From: an uncultured Armatimonadetes bacterium
Lineage (GTDB): Bacteria > Armatimonadota > UBA5829 > DTJY01
NCBI GenBank assembly: GCA_963717145.1
Contig: OY970325.1
Location: 1,696,001-1,760,000, forward strand
Length of the DNA: 64,000 nt
Reading direction: 5' to 3'
The first letter of the stretch is position 1. Each line of letters starts with the position of its first letter. Under the pieces are notes generated by a model. That model searched no databases, was not told where the DNA came from, and worked only from the letters and a program-made list of their open reading frames with translations. The position numbers were made by a program, and so were the translations under genes. Positions 18,874 to 31,753 of the stretch are shown one piece after another.

Positions 18874-19794
18874 ATGACGACGCGGCGAGAGTTTCTGAAA
18901 CAGACGGCCGGTCTCCTGATCGCAGGATCGGGAGCTGTCATGGCCGATACTGGGAGGGAGAACATGCCTGAGGACAATATAAAGCTCCCGGCGAGCTATT
19001 ATCAGCAGTTCGACGCCGACTTCAAGCGCGATGTGCCCGGCGAGGGATACGGCGGCTGGAACAGAGCCGACATCGAGATCTCCCGCGAGCACTCCGCGCT
19101 CGTCGTCATGCACGCGTGGGACATGGGCACTCCCGAGAAGTACCCGGGATGGCATCGGGCGGTCGAGTACATCCCGCGCGCCGACAAGATCTGCCGAACG
19201 GTCTTCCCGAAGCTGCTATCGTCTGTACGGAAGTCGGGCTTCAACCTCTTCCACGTCGTCGGCGGCGGCGACTACTACGACGACCTCCCAGGCCACAAGC
19301 GCGCGGTGATGCTCGCAGGAGATGAACCCCCCGCACTCGAGCAGGCCAAGGTCGATCCGGCACTCCAGCGGCTGAACGAGTTCCGGGCGGAACACGTCTT
19401 CGTTGGAAAGCACAATGAAGCGGATGTCGAGCGTGGGTTCAAGCACCTTGGATTCCCACCGGAGGCCCGTCCTCTCGGGGATGAGGGAGTCGCGGAGAAC
19501 GCGCACCAACTCCACGCATTGTGCAGGGATTCAGGCGTGAACCACCTGATCTACGCCGGATTCGCGATCAACTGGTGCCTGCTCCTTTCCCCCGGCGGGA
19601 TGCTCGACATGTCCCGACGCGGATACATGTGCTCGGCGGTCCGGGATGCGACGACGGCAGTCGAGAACCGGGAGTCGGCGCGGACGGAGTCGCACAAAGA
19701 GGCGGCCCTCTGGCGCGTCGCCCTCGCATACGGCTTTGTGTTCGATGCGGATGATCTCGTCTCCGCGCTTGCCGAACATGGGAATGGAGGTTGA
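18874..19794 (+). CDS. Isochorismatase/cysteine hydrolase-like protein with Tat signal
   Basis: TRREFLK, LVVMHAWD, LIYAGFAINWC, RDATT. Confidence 0.6.
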   Translation: MTTRREFLKQTAGLLIAGSGAVMADTGRENMPEDNIKLPASYYQQFDADFKRDVPGEGYGGWNRADIEISREHSALVVMHAWDMGTPEKYPGWHRAVEYIPRADKICRTVFPKLLSSVRKSGFNLFHVVGGGDYYDDLPGHKRAVMLAGDEPPALEQAKVDPALQRLNEFRAEHVFVGKHNEADVERGFKHLGFPPEARPLGDEGVAENAHQLHALCRDSGVNHLIYAGFAINWCLLLSPGGMLDMSRRGYMCSAVRDATTAVENRESARTESHKEAALWRVALAYGFVFDADDLVSALAEHGNGG

Positions 19795-20504
19795 TCGTGC
19801 AGACGCTCGTCATCATCCCGACCTACAACGAGAGGGAGAATATCGAGAAGCTGCTCTCGGAGGTCTTGCGGCAACCGGACGTACACGTGCTTGTCGTCGA
19901 TGACAACTCGCCGGATCTTACGTTCGAGCTAGTGGAGGAGCTTCAGCGCACGCGATACCCCGATCAGCTCCATCTGCTCAAAAGGGCCGGCAAAATGGGC
20001 CTCGGAACGGCATATGTCGAGGGGTTCCAGTGGGCGCTGTCCCGCGATTACGACTACATCATGGAGATGGATGCCGATTTCTCGCACAACCCCGCCTACC
20101 TGCCGGACTTCCTGCGCGCGATCGAGAAGAGCGATCTCGTCCTGGGCAGCCGATATGTCCCCGGCGGCGCGATCAAGGGCTGGGGAATGCTCCGGCACTT
20201 GGTCAGCACCGGGGGGAACCTCTATGCCCGCATGGTCCTCGGGCTGCCATATCACGACATCACCGGCGGGTACAAGTGCTTTCGACGCAGTGTTCTGGAA
20301 GCGATCGACCTGGACGCGATCCACGCGAAGGGATACGCCTTTCAGATCGAGACAACGTATCGTGCGCTCTTGAAGGGATTCACTGTTGCCGAGATCCCCA
20401 TAGTCTTCGAAGACCGCGTTCGAGGGAAGTCTCAGTTCTCCTGGGGCATCTTCCTGGAGGCCGCGACCATCGTCTGGGGACTACGGAGACTGACTCGTGA
20501 GTAG
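19791..20504 (+). CDS. Polyprenol monophosphomannose synthase (GT2)
   Basis: IIPTYNERENI, VDDNSPD, EMDADFSH, GSRYVPGG. Confidence 0.92.
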   Translation: MIVQTLVIIPTYNERENIEKLLSEVLRQPDVHVLVVDDNSPDLTFELVEELQRTRYPDQLHLLKRAGKMGLGTAYVEGFQWALSRDYDYIMEMDADFSHNPAYLPDFLRAIEKSDLVLGSRYVPGGAIKGWGMLRHLVSTGGNLYARMVLGLPYHDITGGYKCFRRSVLEAIDLDAIHAKGYAFQIETTYRALLKGFTVAEIPIVFEDRVRGKSQFSWGIFLEAATIVWGLRRLTRE

Positions 20505-21888
20505 AAGAAGCTCCCTGCTGCTGCTGATCGTCACGGTGTTCAACCTCGTCTACAATGCGTTTCTCCCCCTGCATCCCGACGAGGCGTACTACTGGACCTG
20601 GTCGAGACATCTCGAGCTGTCGTACTTCGATCATCCGCCGATGATCGCGTACATGATCCGGGCCGCGACACTCATGGGCAACAGCGAGTTCTTCATCCGG
20701 CTGGTGGCGGTGGTCTGCATGACCGTCGCCGGCTGGTTGATCTATCGGCTGGCTCGAGGGCTCTTCAACGAGTGTGTGGCGGATATCGCCCTTCTCATTC
20801 TGCTCTTCATGCCCGTCACCCAGGCAGGATACCTGGTGGTGACTCCCGACTCCCCACTCGTCCTTTTCTGGTCGCTCACCGTGTACTGCCTGTACAAAGC
20901 GCTGTGGACCGACAACCGAAGCTTCTTCTATTGGGCGGGTATCAGCGGCGGATGCCTGCTGCTGTCGAAGTACACGGGAGTGCTCCTCCTCCCGGCGGTC
21001 CTCCTGTTCCTGTTAACGTCGCGCTACCGGACGGTCCTGCTCAAGCGCGAGGTCTACATCACGGTGCTGATGGCGTTCCTGTTGTTCACACCCGTCATCG
21101 TCTGGAACGCGCAGCACGAATGGGTTTCGTTCCGCTTCCAACTGGTGCACGGGATGGGCGGCGAGAAGACGCTGAAGCTCGCGAACCTCGGCGATTTCCT
21201 TGCAGGTCAGGGCCTCGTCATGAACCCCATCTTCCTGTTGGCGCTGCTCTATTATGCGATCCGGCACGCCAAGATCAACTTCCGGGATGAACGCCTCGCA
21301 TTCCTGACTTGGCCATTCGTCCTCACCTTTCTCTTCTTCCTGTACGGCGGACTGTCCAAGAAGAGCGAGGCGAACTGGGCGGTTCCCGCATATCTCACCG
21401 GCGCTGTCCTGCTCGCGTATTGGCTGGAGAAGCTCAACCGCCGATGGGTCTATTACGCAGGCATCGCGCTCACGGTCGTGATGGTCGTGATGATCAAGTT
21501 CCCCGAGGTCTTCCCCACCCTGCCGAAGAACCTGGTGATGAAGAAGCAGTTCCTGGGCTACAAGGAGATATTCGAGCGAGGGAAGCAATATATCCGGGAC
21601 CCGGAACTCGTCATCCTGAGCGACGACTATCAGGACGCCTCCGAGGCCTGGTATTACTTCGGCGGTACACGGGAGGTCTTCATCCTGAGCCCGGGGCGCG
21701 TCACGGAATACGATTTTCGCCGGGGAGATCTGGCCCGATCTCCAAAGGATGCAGTTTTCTTCGGAGACGAGGAGGACGCCGCATCCATGGGTCACATCTA
21801 TCGCCGGATCGAGCTGGTGGATATCCTGCGCTATCGGAACCGATTCGTCGAGCGAGAGATGAGGGTCTACCGATGCAGCACGAAGTAG
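20497..21888 (+). CDS. ArnT/PMT-like membrane glycosyltransferase
   Basis: DEAYYW, YFDHPP, TPDSP, LSKY, multiple TM helices. Confidence 0.88.
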   Translation: MSRRSSLLLLIVTVFNLVYNAFLPLHPDEAYYWTWSRHLELSYFDHPPMIAYMIRAATLMGNSEFFIRLVAVVCMTVAGWLIYRLARGLFNECVADIALLILLFMPVTQAGYLVVTPDSPLVLFWSLTVYCLYKALWTDNRSFFYWAGISGGCLLLSKYTGVLLLPAVLLFLLTSRYRTVLLKREVYITVLMAFLLFTPVIVWNAQHEWVSFRFQLVHGMGGEKTLKLANLGDFLAGQGLVMNPIFLLALLYYAIRHAKINFRDERLAFLTWPFVLTFLFFLYGGLSKKSEANWAVPAYLTGAVLLAYWLEKLNRRWVYYAGIALTVVMVVMIKFPEVFPTLPKNLVMKKQFLGYKEIFERGKQYIRDPELVILSDDYQDASEAWYYFGGTREVFILSPGRVTEYDFRRGDLARSPKDAVFFGDEEDAASMGHIYRRIELVDILRYRNRFVEREMRVYRCSTK

Positions 21889-21890
21889 GG

Positions 21891-22685
21891 ATGCATGGGC
21901 CCATGACAATGAAGAGAAGACGCGGCTTACACCTGCTGGATGTGCTGGTAAACGGGTTCCTCGCCCATGCCGGGATGGAGCGAATCGTGCCTCCACCGGG
22001 GTATATTGCCCTCGATCCGCACGTACACAGCCTGTTCTCGGGATGCAGCCTGTCATCCATCGAGCGCATCCTGATCCGAGCCGCTGAAGTGGGCCTGTCA
22101 GCGATCGCGATCATGGACCACAATGACCTGCAGAGCGCCGCCGTCGCGGCCGCCTGCGCGCGGGACCTCAAGAACCGAAAGCTGATCCCCGACGAATTCC
22201 TGGTGATCCCGGGCGTCGAGGTCAAGTCCGACGGCGGACACATCGGGGCGCTCTTCGTCGATCAGCCGATCCCCAAGAGGGTCAGCGTGTTGGAGACCGT
22301 GCAGAGGATCCACGAAGCGGGAGGCTTGGCTGTTGCGGTACACCCCTACCTTCGGTCGGGCATTGGTGATGCGCTGTTCGATGCGCCCTTCGATGCGGTG
22401 GAGATAGAATCGGGATCGGTTTTCAGCCGGATAGCCGCCGAGCGAGGGTACAAGCTGCTCGACGACGAGCGGCTCACGAGAGTGGCGAAGCTCGGATCGA
22501 GCGACGCGCACTACGTCGGGGCTGTGGGTATCTGCTACACACTGGTCAAGGTAAGCGAGGTCACGCCCGAGTCGATCCGGGCCGCCTTGATGCAGGGGGC
22601 GACAACCGCTCATGCGTCCGACGCTTTCCCGAGGTTCAGGAGAATGCTCGGTTGGGTACCCATGGCGGGACAGGCCCCGCTCTGA
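21891..22685 (+). CDS. PHP domain phosphoesterase
   Basis: DPHVHS, MDHN, PGVEV, HPY, GSSDAH. Start uncertain. Confidence 0.85.
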   Translation: MHGPMTMKRRRGLHLLDVLVNGFLAHAGMERIVPPPGYIALDPHVHSLFSGCSLSSIERILIRAAEVGLSAIAIMDHNDLQSAAVAAACARDLKNRKLIPDEFLVIPGVEVKSDGGHIGALFVDQPIPKRVSVLETVQRIHEAGGLAVAVHPYLRSGIGDALFDAPFDAVEIESGSVFSRIAAERGYKLLDDERLTRVAKLGSSDAHYVGAVGICYTLVKVSEVTPESIRAALMQGATTAHASDAFPRFRRMLGWVPMAGQAPL

Positions 22686-22762
22686 CGTGCCCAGGCAGGA
22701 GTCGGGATTGCAGGCGTCGAACCTCGGGGTGAAAGCAACCAACGGACGAAAGGATTGTCACT

Positions 22763-24001
22763 ATGGCGGATAAGTACATGGCTGAATTCGAGCTACTGGC
22801 CGAGCGGCTCGAAGCACGCGGCCTCGATGTGAACAAGATCAAGCAGCGATTGAAGAACCAGAAGATCGAGACCCCATCCTGGGGCTACTCGAATGCCGGG
22901 ACGCGATTCGGCACGTTCAAGCAGGACGGCGCGGCGATGACGATCGAAGAGAAGGTCGCCGACGCGGCCCAGGTCCACAAGTTCACCGGCGTCGCGCCGA
23001 CAGTCGCGGTCCATGTGCTCTGGGATTTCCCGAACGGGCTGGACGACTGCAGGAACCTCTCGTCCTACTCCGAATCACTCGGCGTGAAGATCGGCGCGAT
23101 CAACCCGAACGTCTTCCAAAACCAGGTCTACGCGTTCGGCAGCATCACCAGCGAGGAGCCGGCGGTCCGCAAGAGGGCGATCGATCACATGATCGACTCG
23201 ATCGAGATCGGCAAGGTGGTCGGCTCGGATGTGCTCTCCCTCTGGTTTGCCGATGGGACCGACTACCCCGGTCAGGGCGACTTCCGGCGCAGGAAGCACT
23301 ATGCCACCGAGTCGCTCCAGGCGGTCTACATCGCGATGCCGGCGAGCATGCGGATGGTGATCGAGTACAAGCCGTTCGAGCCGGGGTTCTACCACACCGA
23401 CATCGCCGACTGGGGAATGTCGTACAACTTCTGCCGGAAATGCGGCGATCGGGCTTACGTGCTGGTCGACCTCGGCCATCACTTCAACGGCCAGAACATC
23501 GAGCACATCGTGGCGTTCCTGCTCGACGAGGAGCGGCTCGGCGGATTCCATTTCAACAACCACAAGTACGCCGATGACGACCTGACCGTCGGCTCGATCA
23601 ACCCCTATGAGCTGTTCCTGATCTACAACGAGCTTGCGAAGGCCGAGGACGCCCCGAACGGCAATCCCGAGGTCGCCTACATGGTCGATCAATGCCACAT
23701 CGCAAAGTCGAAGATCGACGCGATGATCCAGACGATCGAGCACATCCAGGGCGCATATGCCAAGTCTCTGTGCATCAACCGCAAGAGGCTCCACGAGGCG
23801 CAGTTGGCAAAGGACATCGTGTCGGCGGAGGTCTGCATGACCGAGGCGTTCAATACCGACGTTCAACCGCTGCTGAAGGTCGTCCGCGAGGAGATGGGGA
23901 TCGACCCGAACCCGCTGGAGGCATTCCGTGCATCGGGCTACTGGACGAAGGTCTCGAAGGAGCGCGCCGGCCGCAAAGGCGGCGGCGGCGTCGGCGCGTA
24001 G
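22763..24001 (+). CDS. rhaI: L-rhamnose isomerase (RhaI type)
   Basis: IETPSWGY, WFADGTDYPGQ, EYKPFEP, DLGHH, KYADDDL. Confidence 0.88.
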   Translation: MADKYMAEFELLAERLEARGLDVNKIKQRLKNQKIETPSWGYSNAGTRFGTFKQDGAAMTIEEKVADAAQVHKFTGVAPTVAVHVLWDFPNGLDDCRNLSSYSESLGVKIGAINPNVFQNQVYAFGSITSEEPAVRKRAIDHMIDSIEIGKVVGSDVLSLWFADGTDYPGQGDFRRRKHYATESLQAVYIAMPASMRMVIEYKPFEPGFYHTDIADWGMSYNFCRKCGDRAYVLVDLGHHFNGQNIEHIVAFLLDEERLGGFHFNNHKYADDDLTVGSINPYELFLIYNELAKAEDAPNGNPEVAYMVDQCHIAKSKIDAMIQTIEHIQGAYAKSLCINRKRLHEAQLAKDIVSAEVCMTEAFNTDVQPLLKVVREEMGIDPNPLEAFRASGYWTKVSKERAGRKGGGGVGA

Positions 24002-24021
24002 GCCTCACATCGATCAGATAG

Positions 24022-26212
<2,191 letters not shown>

Positions 26213-26240
<28 letters not shown>

Positions 26241-27292
26241 TTCCTGGTCTGATACTCCTCGACCATCGCCTCGTCGAGCGGGTAGACGCCGAACTCGTGG
26301 GCGGCTTCGACCATCGTGCGGTAGTTCTCCGGGTTGACGCCGGGATGGATCGAGTTGCTCGACGCGATCACGTGCCCGCCGCCGGGGGAGGCCTTCGCGA
26401 TCGTCTCCTTCACCGCGTCAATCACCTGCTCCTTCGAGCCGTATGAGAGCAGATTCCCGCAGTCCACGTTCCCCACGACCGCCACTCGGTCGCCGTACTT
26501 CGCCTTCACAACGCCGATGTCCATCCCCGCGATCGGCTCGAGCGGGTCGATCGCATCGACCCCCGCGCCGACGATCAGGTCGATGATCGGCCAGATATTG
26601 CCGTCGGTGTGCTTGATGAACGGGATGCCCCTGCGATGAGCGACCTCGATCATCTCCTTCATGTACGGCAGGGCGAACTCCTCGAAGAGCGCCGGCGACA
26701 TCAGAGGCGCGGTCCGGAATGCGTAGTCGTCGCCCCCGACGACCGCGTCGATCCCCTCGTCGATCGCGCGCTCGAGCACAGCCTTCTTGTACTCGATCAC
26801 CTTCCGAGCGAGACGATGCGCGAACTCGGGGGCTTCGATGTAGGCCATGAGCAGGTTGTCCATGCCGTAGAGGTAGTGGGAGAACTCGAACCCCTCGTGA
26901 CCACAGAGGACGATCGCCTTCTCGCCCTTGAAGCGGCGGACGGCCTCCTTGAGCGTGTCGAAGCGATGGTCGGCATGGGGATCGGGGGGCGCGTAGGCAT
27001 CGAGGTCGGCCTCGGACTTGATCGGGCCACCGATGGGATAGAACACGCCGCACGGTTCGAGCCCCCACTTGATGCCCCACTCGTCCTTCGAGACGCCGTT
27101 GCCCTCATCGGTCGTGTGATGGTTCTCGAAGACGGTGACCGCATCGAGGCCGAGCTTTTCCGCGAGCGCGAAGTAGCCGATGTTGCCGTAGATGCCCGAG
27201 AGCGTGGGCTCGTTGATGATCAGTTCCCAGACGGGCACTCGGTCGGGCTGCTCCCTCCTGAGGGCGGTGAGGAATCGTTCTTTGCCGGTCAT
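26213..27292 (-). CDS. Uroporphyrinogen decarboxylase/MtaA-like family protein
   Basis: PDRVP, DEWG, GDDYA, HTDG, GGGHVIASSNSI. Confidence 0.85.
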
Positions 27293-27310
27293 CGGTCCTT
27301 CCTTTCTGCG

Positions 27311-27407
27311 CCCCTCCTTACGAAGGAGGGGCCGGCCAGCAGGCCGGGGGAGGTTCGCAGACCCAAAACCCCCTCGGCCCAGAGGCCGGTCCCCCTTCGT
27401 AAGGGGG
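27311..27407. repeat. Imperfect palindromic repeat (CCCCTCCTTACGAAGGAGGGG type)
   Basis: Two inverted, internally palindromic units. Confidence 0.65.
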
Positions 27408-27421
27408 ACATTCCGATGCTC

Positions 27422-27943
27422 CTACAACTCGATGCCGAGGCGGGCGGGGTGGTTCGGGTGCTTCACCTCGACCATCTCGGTGACGAGGTCCGCCGCCTCG
27501 ATGAGCCAGTCCGGCGCGTGACGGCCGGTGATGACGATGTCCACGTTCTCCGGGCGGTTCACTAAGACGGGAAGAACCTCATCCTTCTCCAGGAAACCGT
27601 AGAAAAGGGCGATATTCAGCTCGTCGAGCACAATGAGATCGTACTCGCCCGAGGAGATCAGGTCCGCCGCGCCGTCGAAGTTCCGGCGGCTCTCCTCGCG
27701 CAGGACGAGGGAGTTCCGCTGATCCCCCGCCGCGTCATACGGTGAGGTTTCTCCGAACACCTCGATCGCCGGCGCGAGCTTCTCAGCGGCGATTACCTCG
27801 CCGGACGTGTTCGGCTTCATGAAACGCACCACGGCGACTTTCCAGCCCCGTCCGACCGCGCGAAGAGCCTGTCCCCACGCGGCACTCGTCTTCCCCTTGC
27901 CGTGTCCCGTGTAGACCTGGATGATTCCGCGATTGCTCTTCAT
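27422..27943 (-). CDS. cobO: Cob(I)alamin adenosyltransferase CobO/BtuR
   Basis: YTGHGKGKTSAA, LDE, ITGR, ADLVTEM..VKHP. Confidence 0.9.
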   Translation of the reverse strand: MKSNRGIIQVYTGHGKGKTSAAWGQALRAVGRGWKVAVVRFMKPNTSGEVIAAEKLAPAIEVFGETSPYDAAGDQRNSLVLREESRRNFDGAADLISSGEYDLIVLDELNIALFYGFLEKDEVLPVLVNRPENVDIVITGRHAPDWLIEAADLVTEMVEVKHPNHPARLGIEL

Positions 27944-27957
27944 AGTCACACCATCAT

Positions 27958-28093
27958 GTAGTGGCCGTGCCTCAGTGCCGGCCTGCGGACCGTGCGCTGT
28001 AGGGGCGTGCCTTGTGCCGCCCGCAACCGTGGTACCGGGCGGCACAAGGCACGCCCCTACAGCTACAAGGCGGGCACTGAGGCCGGCCACTAC
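27958..28093. repeat. Nested REPINs: family A outside, GTAGGGGCGTGCCTTGTGCCGCCC inside (27996-28063)
   Basis: Two concentric pairs of GTAG...CTAC inverted arms. Confidence 0.85.
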
Positions 28094-29157
28094 AGGTAGT
28101 CCTCCATGTTCAGTTCCTTCAGCGAGTCCACAATCTTCTTCACGTCCTGCGCGCGGTCCCTGCGGGCGATCAGGAGCGCCCCCTCGGTGTCTACCACAAT
28201 GAGGTCCTCGATCCCGATGGTCGCGATGACCTTCCCTTCCTGGCCCATGATGAGCGAGTTCTTCGTGTCTATGCCGAGGTGCATACCTTTGACAGAATTG
28301 CCCGACTCGTCCGAGGCCGCCAGTTCGTGAACCGTCGTCCAGCTTCCGACGTCGTTCCAGCCGAAGTCTCCCGGGATAACGAGGATCTCGTCGAGCTTCT
28401 CCATGATGCCGTAATCAACCGAGATGCGCTGCATGGCCTCATACTCGCACAGGAGCACCTTGTGCTCGGATTCAGTGCCGATGGAGTCACGGATGCGAAG
28501 GAGGTGCTCATACACTTCCGGTAGGTGCTTCTCGAACAGGCTGAGGATCGTCGGAATGCTCCAGACGAACATCCCACTGTTCCAGAGATACTGCCCGCTC
28601 TCGACGTATTCCTTCGCTGTTTCGAGGTTCGGCTTCTCGGCGAACCTCTTGGCATAGTGGACTTCGAGACCATCCATCGTGCGGAACGATCTGTCGAGTT
28701 CGATATAGCCGTAGCCTGTCTCAGGGCCGGTAGGTTTGATGCCTATGGTGACGACATGACCTTCAGCGGCAAGCTGCTCTCCGACTTTCACGACTCGCCC
28801 GAAGTCATCGGGACAGCCAATGTAGTGGTCAGCCGCGAAGACACCCATCACTCCGTTCGGGTCGATCAGGCTGAGGTAGACAGCGGCCAGGCCGACACAC
28901 GGCGCCGTATCTCGCCGGTAAGGGTCGATCAGGACTCTATCGTGCAGTTCGGGGAGAAGGTCCTCGATGGGCTTGGCATGATGAGCATTCGTGATGACAT
29001 ATACGTTATCGACGCCGACTATGTGCGCCAGGCGGTCGACCGTCTCGTGGACCAGCGCTTTCTCGCCGGCAAGGGCGTGCATCTGCTTGGGATTGTTCTC
29101 TCGGGACTTAGGCCATAGCCTGGTGCCGCCGCCGCCGGCCATTATGACAGCAAACAT
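28090..29157 (-). CDS. manC: Mannose-1-phosphate guanylyltransferase
   Basis: AGGGGTRLWP.SR...PKQ, ETGYGYI, EKP, WNSGMF, WNDVGSW. Confidence 0.93.
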   Translation of the reverse strand: MFAVIMAGGGGTRLWPKSRENNPKQMHALAGEKALVHETVDRLAHIVGVDNVYVITNAHHAKPIEDLLPELHDRVLIDPYRRDTAPCVGLAAVYLSLIDPNGVMGVFAADHYIGCPDDFGRVVKVGEQLAAEGHVVTIGIKPTGPETGYGYIELDRSFRTMDGLEVHYAKRFAEKPNLETAKEYVESGQYLWNSGMFVWSIPTILSLFEKHLPEVYEHLLRIRDSIGTESEHKVLLCEYEAMQRISVDYGIMEKLDEILVIPGDFGWNDVGSWTTVHELAASDESGNSVKGMHLGIDTKNSLIMGQEGKVIATIGIEDLIVVDTEGALLIARRDRAQDVKKIVDSLKELNMEDYL

Positions 29158-29415
29158 CGTGTTTGGGTCTCCTTATGTGGAAGTGATCTTGGCTCGCGAA
29201 CGAGGATCGGCGAATATTATACCACGATGAGCGAGGCATGTCGCACAAACATAAGCGGGGCGCGGTAGTGCTCCGAGCTACCACGCCCCTGCGGTTGGGC
29301 AACCGATCAGTGTGCTCCCTTGCTCCGTCGTAAGATCGAAGTCAGAAGCTATGCGAAACGTACTAACACGTATTCTGTTCCCGTTCGCGGGATCTTTGAA
29401 ACCCGCTTGTACAAA

Positions 29416-29835
29416 TCAAAGCACACTTGCGCGCCGATTCTCGGTTGGGCCCGTGGTCCGAAGTGGGAGCGTATTCTTCACGCCGCCCGAGAGATCGCTC
29501 CTCGCAGGGCTGCCGTTCCTCGAAACGATGATGGTGAACAAGTTCATGAGCCCTGTGATCTCGAACACTCGGTATATCCGCTGACTCCTGCAGGAAATGA
29601 CCATCGACACTCCCTGTTCCTTGGCGTTCACCCACATCGCCACAAGAGCACTCAATCCGGTGCTGTCGATATACTCGAGATCATCCAGGTTCACGATCAG
29701 GTTCTTGGACTTCCTGAGCCATCCCTTGCCGTACTTAGACAGCCTGGGGCTGGTGAATGAGTCCAGATCACCCGAGAGCTTGAGCACCGTCGTCCCGGCG
29801 TTGTCCAGAACGCCGATTTTCAGCACATCATCCAT
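29416..29835 (-). CDS. STAS domain anti-sigma factor antagonist
   Basis: SGDLD, YIDSTGL, RVFEITGL. Confidence 0.9.
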   Translation of the reverse strand: MDDVLKIGVLDNAGTTVLKLSGDLDSFTSPRLSKYGKGWLRKSKNLIVNLDDLEYIDSTGLSALVAMWVNAKEQGVSMVISCRSQRIYRVFEITGLMNLFTIIVSRNGSPARSDLSGGVKNTLPLRTTGPTENRRASVL

Positions 29836-29889
29836 GATATGTGGCCTCCTTTTTTTTTCCGGAGCGCCGAACTGACGGGCGGGCCGCGT

Positions 29890-30651
29890 CTACTGGATGA
29901 GGTAGGTCAGCGTGATTGAAGCGCTCACGGTCACTTCACCCGGGAAGATCGGCGTAGGGGCGCCGGCATCGAGCGCCATCGACCGCACAGGATACGGCGG
30001 CGGCACTACTCCGACCCCGCCCTGCTGGACCTGATATACCTTCACCATTCTGACCTTCAGCGCTTCTGCCATCGTCTTCGCGTTAGCGGCGGCATCATCG
30101 ACCGCCTGCTTGAGTGCGTTCTGCCTGGCACTGCGATCATCCTTGAGCCGGAAGTCCACGCTCTCCACAGTGTTCGCTCCTGCGCCGACTGCGGTGTCGA
30201 TGATCCTCGGCACAAGGTTCAGGTCTTCAGTCCGGGTACTGATAATATTCACAACGCTGTAGCCTACGATCGGCGGCTCGCCCTGTGGCTTCTGGTCGTC
30301 CTCGAAGCGCCTGATCGGATAGATCTGGAAAGACGATGTCTCGATCTGGCGCTCCGGGATGCCGAGAGCCTTCAGCGCATTGATGACTTTGGTAACGATT
30401 GCAGCATTCTGCTCGCGGGCCTGACCGGCGGTCTTGGCCTCGGTCTGCATCCCCAGCCTGACCACGGCCAGATCGGGCCGAACTCGCACCTCGCCGTTAC
30501 CAACGGCGGTCAACGTGCTGGGTTGAGCGCTATTCTGAGCCTGAGCGAATCCGTAACTGGCGGCCAATAGAACAGCCGACACGACAAGCAACAAGGTGAT
30601 ACCACGCTGTAATGACAACTTATCGGTGTTCAGCATCATCGTATCTCTCAT
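29890..30651 (-). CDS. SIMPL (DUF541) protein
   Basis: Signal peptide, G.GEVRVRPD.A, GAN, PGEVTVSASI. Confidence 0.9.
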   Translation of the reverse strand: MRDTMMLNTDKLSLQRGITLLLVVSAVLLAASYGFAQAQNSAQPSTLTAVGNGEVRVRPDLAVVRLGMQTEAKTAGQAREQNAAIVTKVINALKALGIPERQIETSSFQIYPIRRFEDDQKPQGEPPIVGYSVVNIISTRTEDLNLVPRIIDTAVGAGANTVESVDFRLKDDRSARQNALKQAVDDAAANAKTMAEALKVRMVKVYQVQQGGVGVVPPPYPVRSMALDAGAPTPIFPGEVTVSASITLTYLIQ

Positions 30652-30972
30652 CCTTTGCGGGTACAGTTATTCCCAGACGTTCCATCGCCATCTCTGGAAT
30701 CGGTGGGCTTCAGTCAGTTGCATCGGATGAGTACCCAACACTTCGGGAGCGTCAAACTACCCTCGCGACACATTCACCCCCGGACTCTGCTAGCCTGGAA
30801 GGCCTTCAGGCATTCGCACACGCCGCGGGGCCCGACGAATTGGGGTTTACACAGGATGAATACTGGACATACCCATGATAGTGCCAGCCTACTGCTAGCA
30901 ATAACTCGCACAACGCTGGATCGTACGAGTAGATCCTGACTCGCGTTGCCAATCGCGGAGGTAAACAGCAGA

Positions 30973-31713
30973 ATGCCACATAGAGGGGCATTGATGTTCC
31001 TGTGGTTGGCTCTCACAATCGGCGGCTCCAGTCCCTGCCACGCGATTGGAGAGCCGGCGATCAGTGTCGACATGGATATCTCGCTGATGAGCAAGTATGT
31101 ATGGCGCGGCCTGGTCTACAATGAGGATGTGGTTGTCCAGCCATCCCTGACGATCAGCCAGTCGTCCGGATTCAGTTTCAACCTGTGGAGCAGGTTCGAC
31201 ACAACAGATTCCTGCGGGACCAGAGCCAGATGCAGCGAACTGGATTACACTCTCGGGTATGACTGGGAGTCCGGTGGGAGGGGTTATTCTCTTGCCTATG
31301 CAGTCTACACGTACCCGAACACTCCCTTCGCCGGTACCAGCGAAATAACCGCCGGCGTTGATCTTGGCGGTCCACTCGGCGCCAACGTATGGATATACTG
31401 GGATGTGGTGGAGGCCAGGTCGCTCTATATCAGCTTGGGATGGGCCAGGACCGTAAGTCTGAGTGGAGTATCGGTGGATCTCAGCGGTGAGTTCGGTCTG
31501 GCGGACAAGCGTCACTCGAACTACTACTATGGGGTGGCGAGCGCGGGGCTTACTGATGCATCGGCATGTCTGGAGATCCCGCTTGATCTCAGAGGCGGTT
31601 GGTCAGTCGTTGGATCGCTCACCTACACAAGCGTTCTGAAGGGATCACTGCGAGAATCGGTGGAGCACCCGGACAACTTTGTGTTCGGTGTCAGCGTCGC
31701 CAAGACACTATGA
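30973..31713 (+). CDS. Outer-membrane beta-barrel protein (TorF-like putative porin)
   Basis: Signal peptide, SKYVWRG, VVQPS, ELDYTLGY, alternating beta-strand pattern. Confidence 0.65.
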   Translation: MPHRGALMFLWLALTIGGSSPCHAIGEPAISVDMDISLMSKYVWRGLVYNEDVVVQPSLTISQSSGFSFNLWSRFDTTDSCGTRARCSELDYTLGYDWESGGRGYSLAYAVYTYPNTPFAGTSEITAGVDLGGPLGANVWIYWDVVEARSLYISLGWARTVSLSGVSVDLSGEFGLADKRHSNYYYGVASAGLTDASACLEIPLDLRGGWSVVGSLTYTSVLKGSLRESVEHPDNFVFGVSVAKTL

Positions 31714-31753
31714 ACCAGTGAGCCGAGACGCACATCACCAGGGAGCAAGAGCA

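Noticed and set aside
30652-30972. Riboswitch, ncRNA or small ORFs in the SIMPL/porin divergent intergenic region
   Set aside because: No recognisable aptamer, convincing long stem or credible protein motif.
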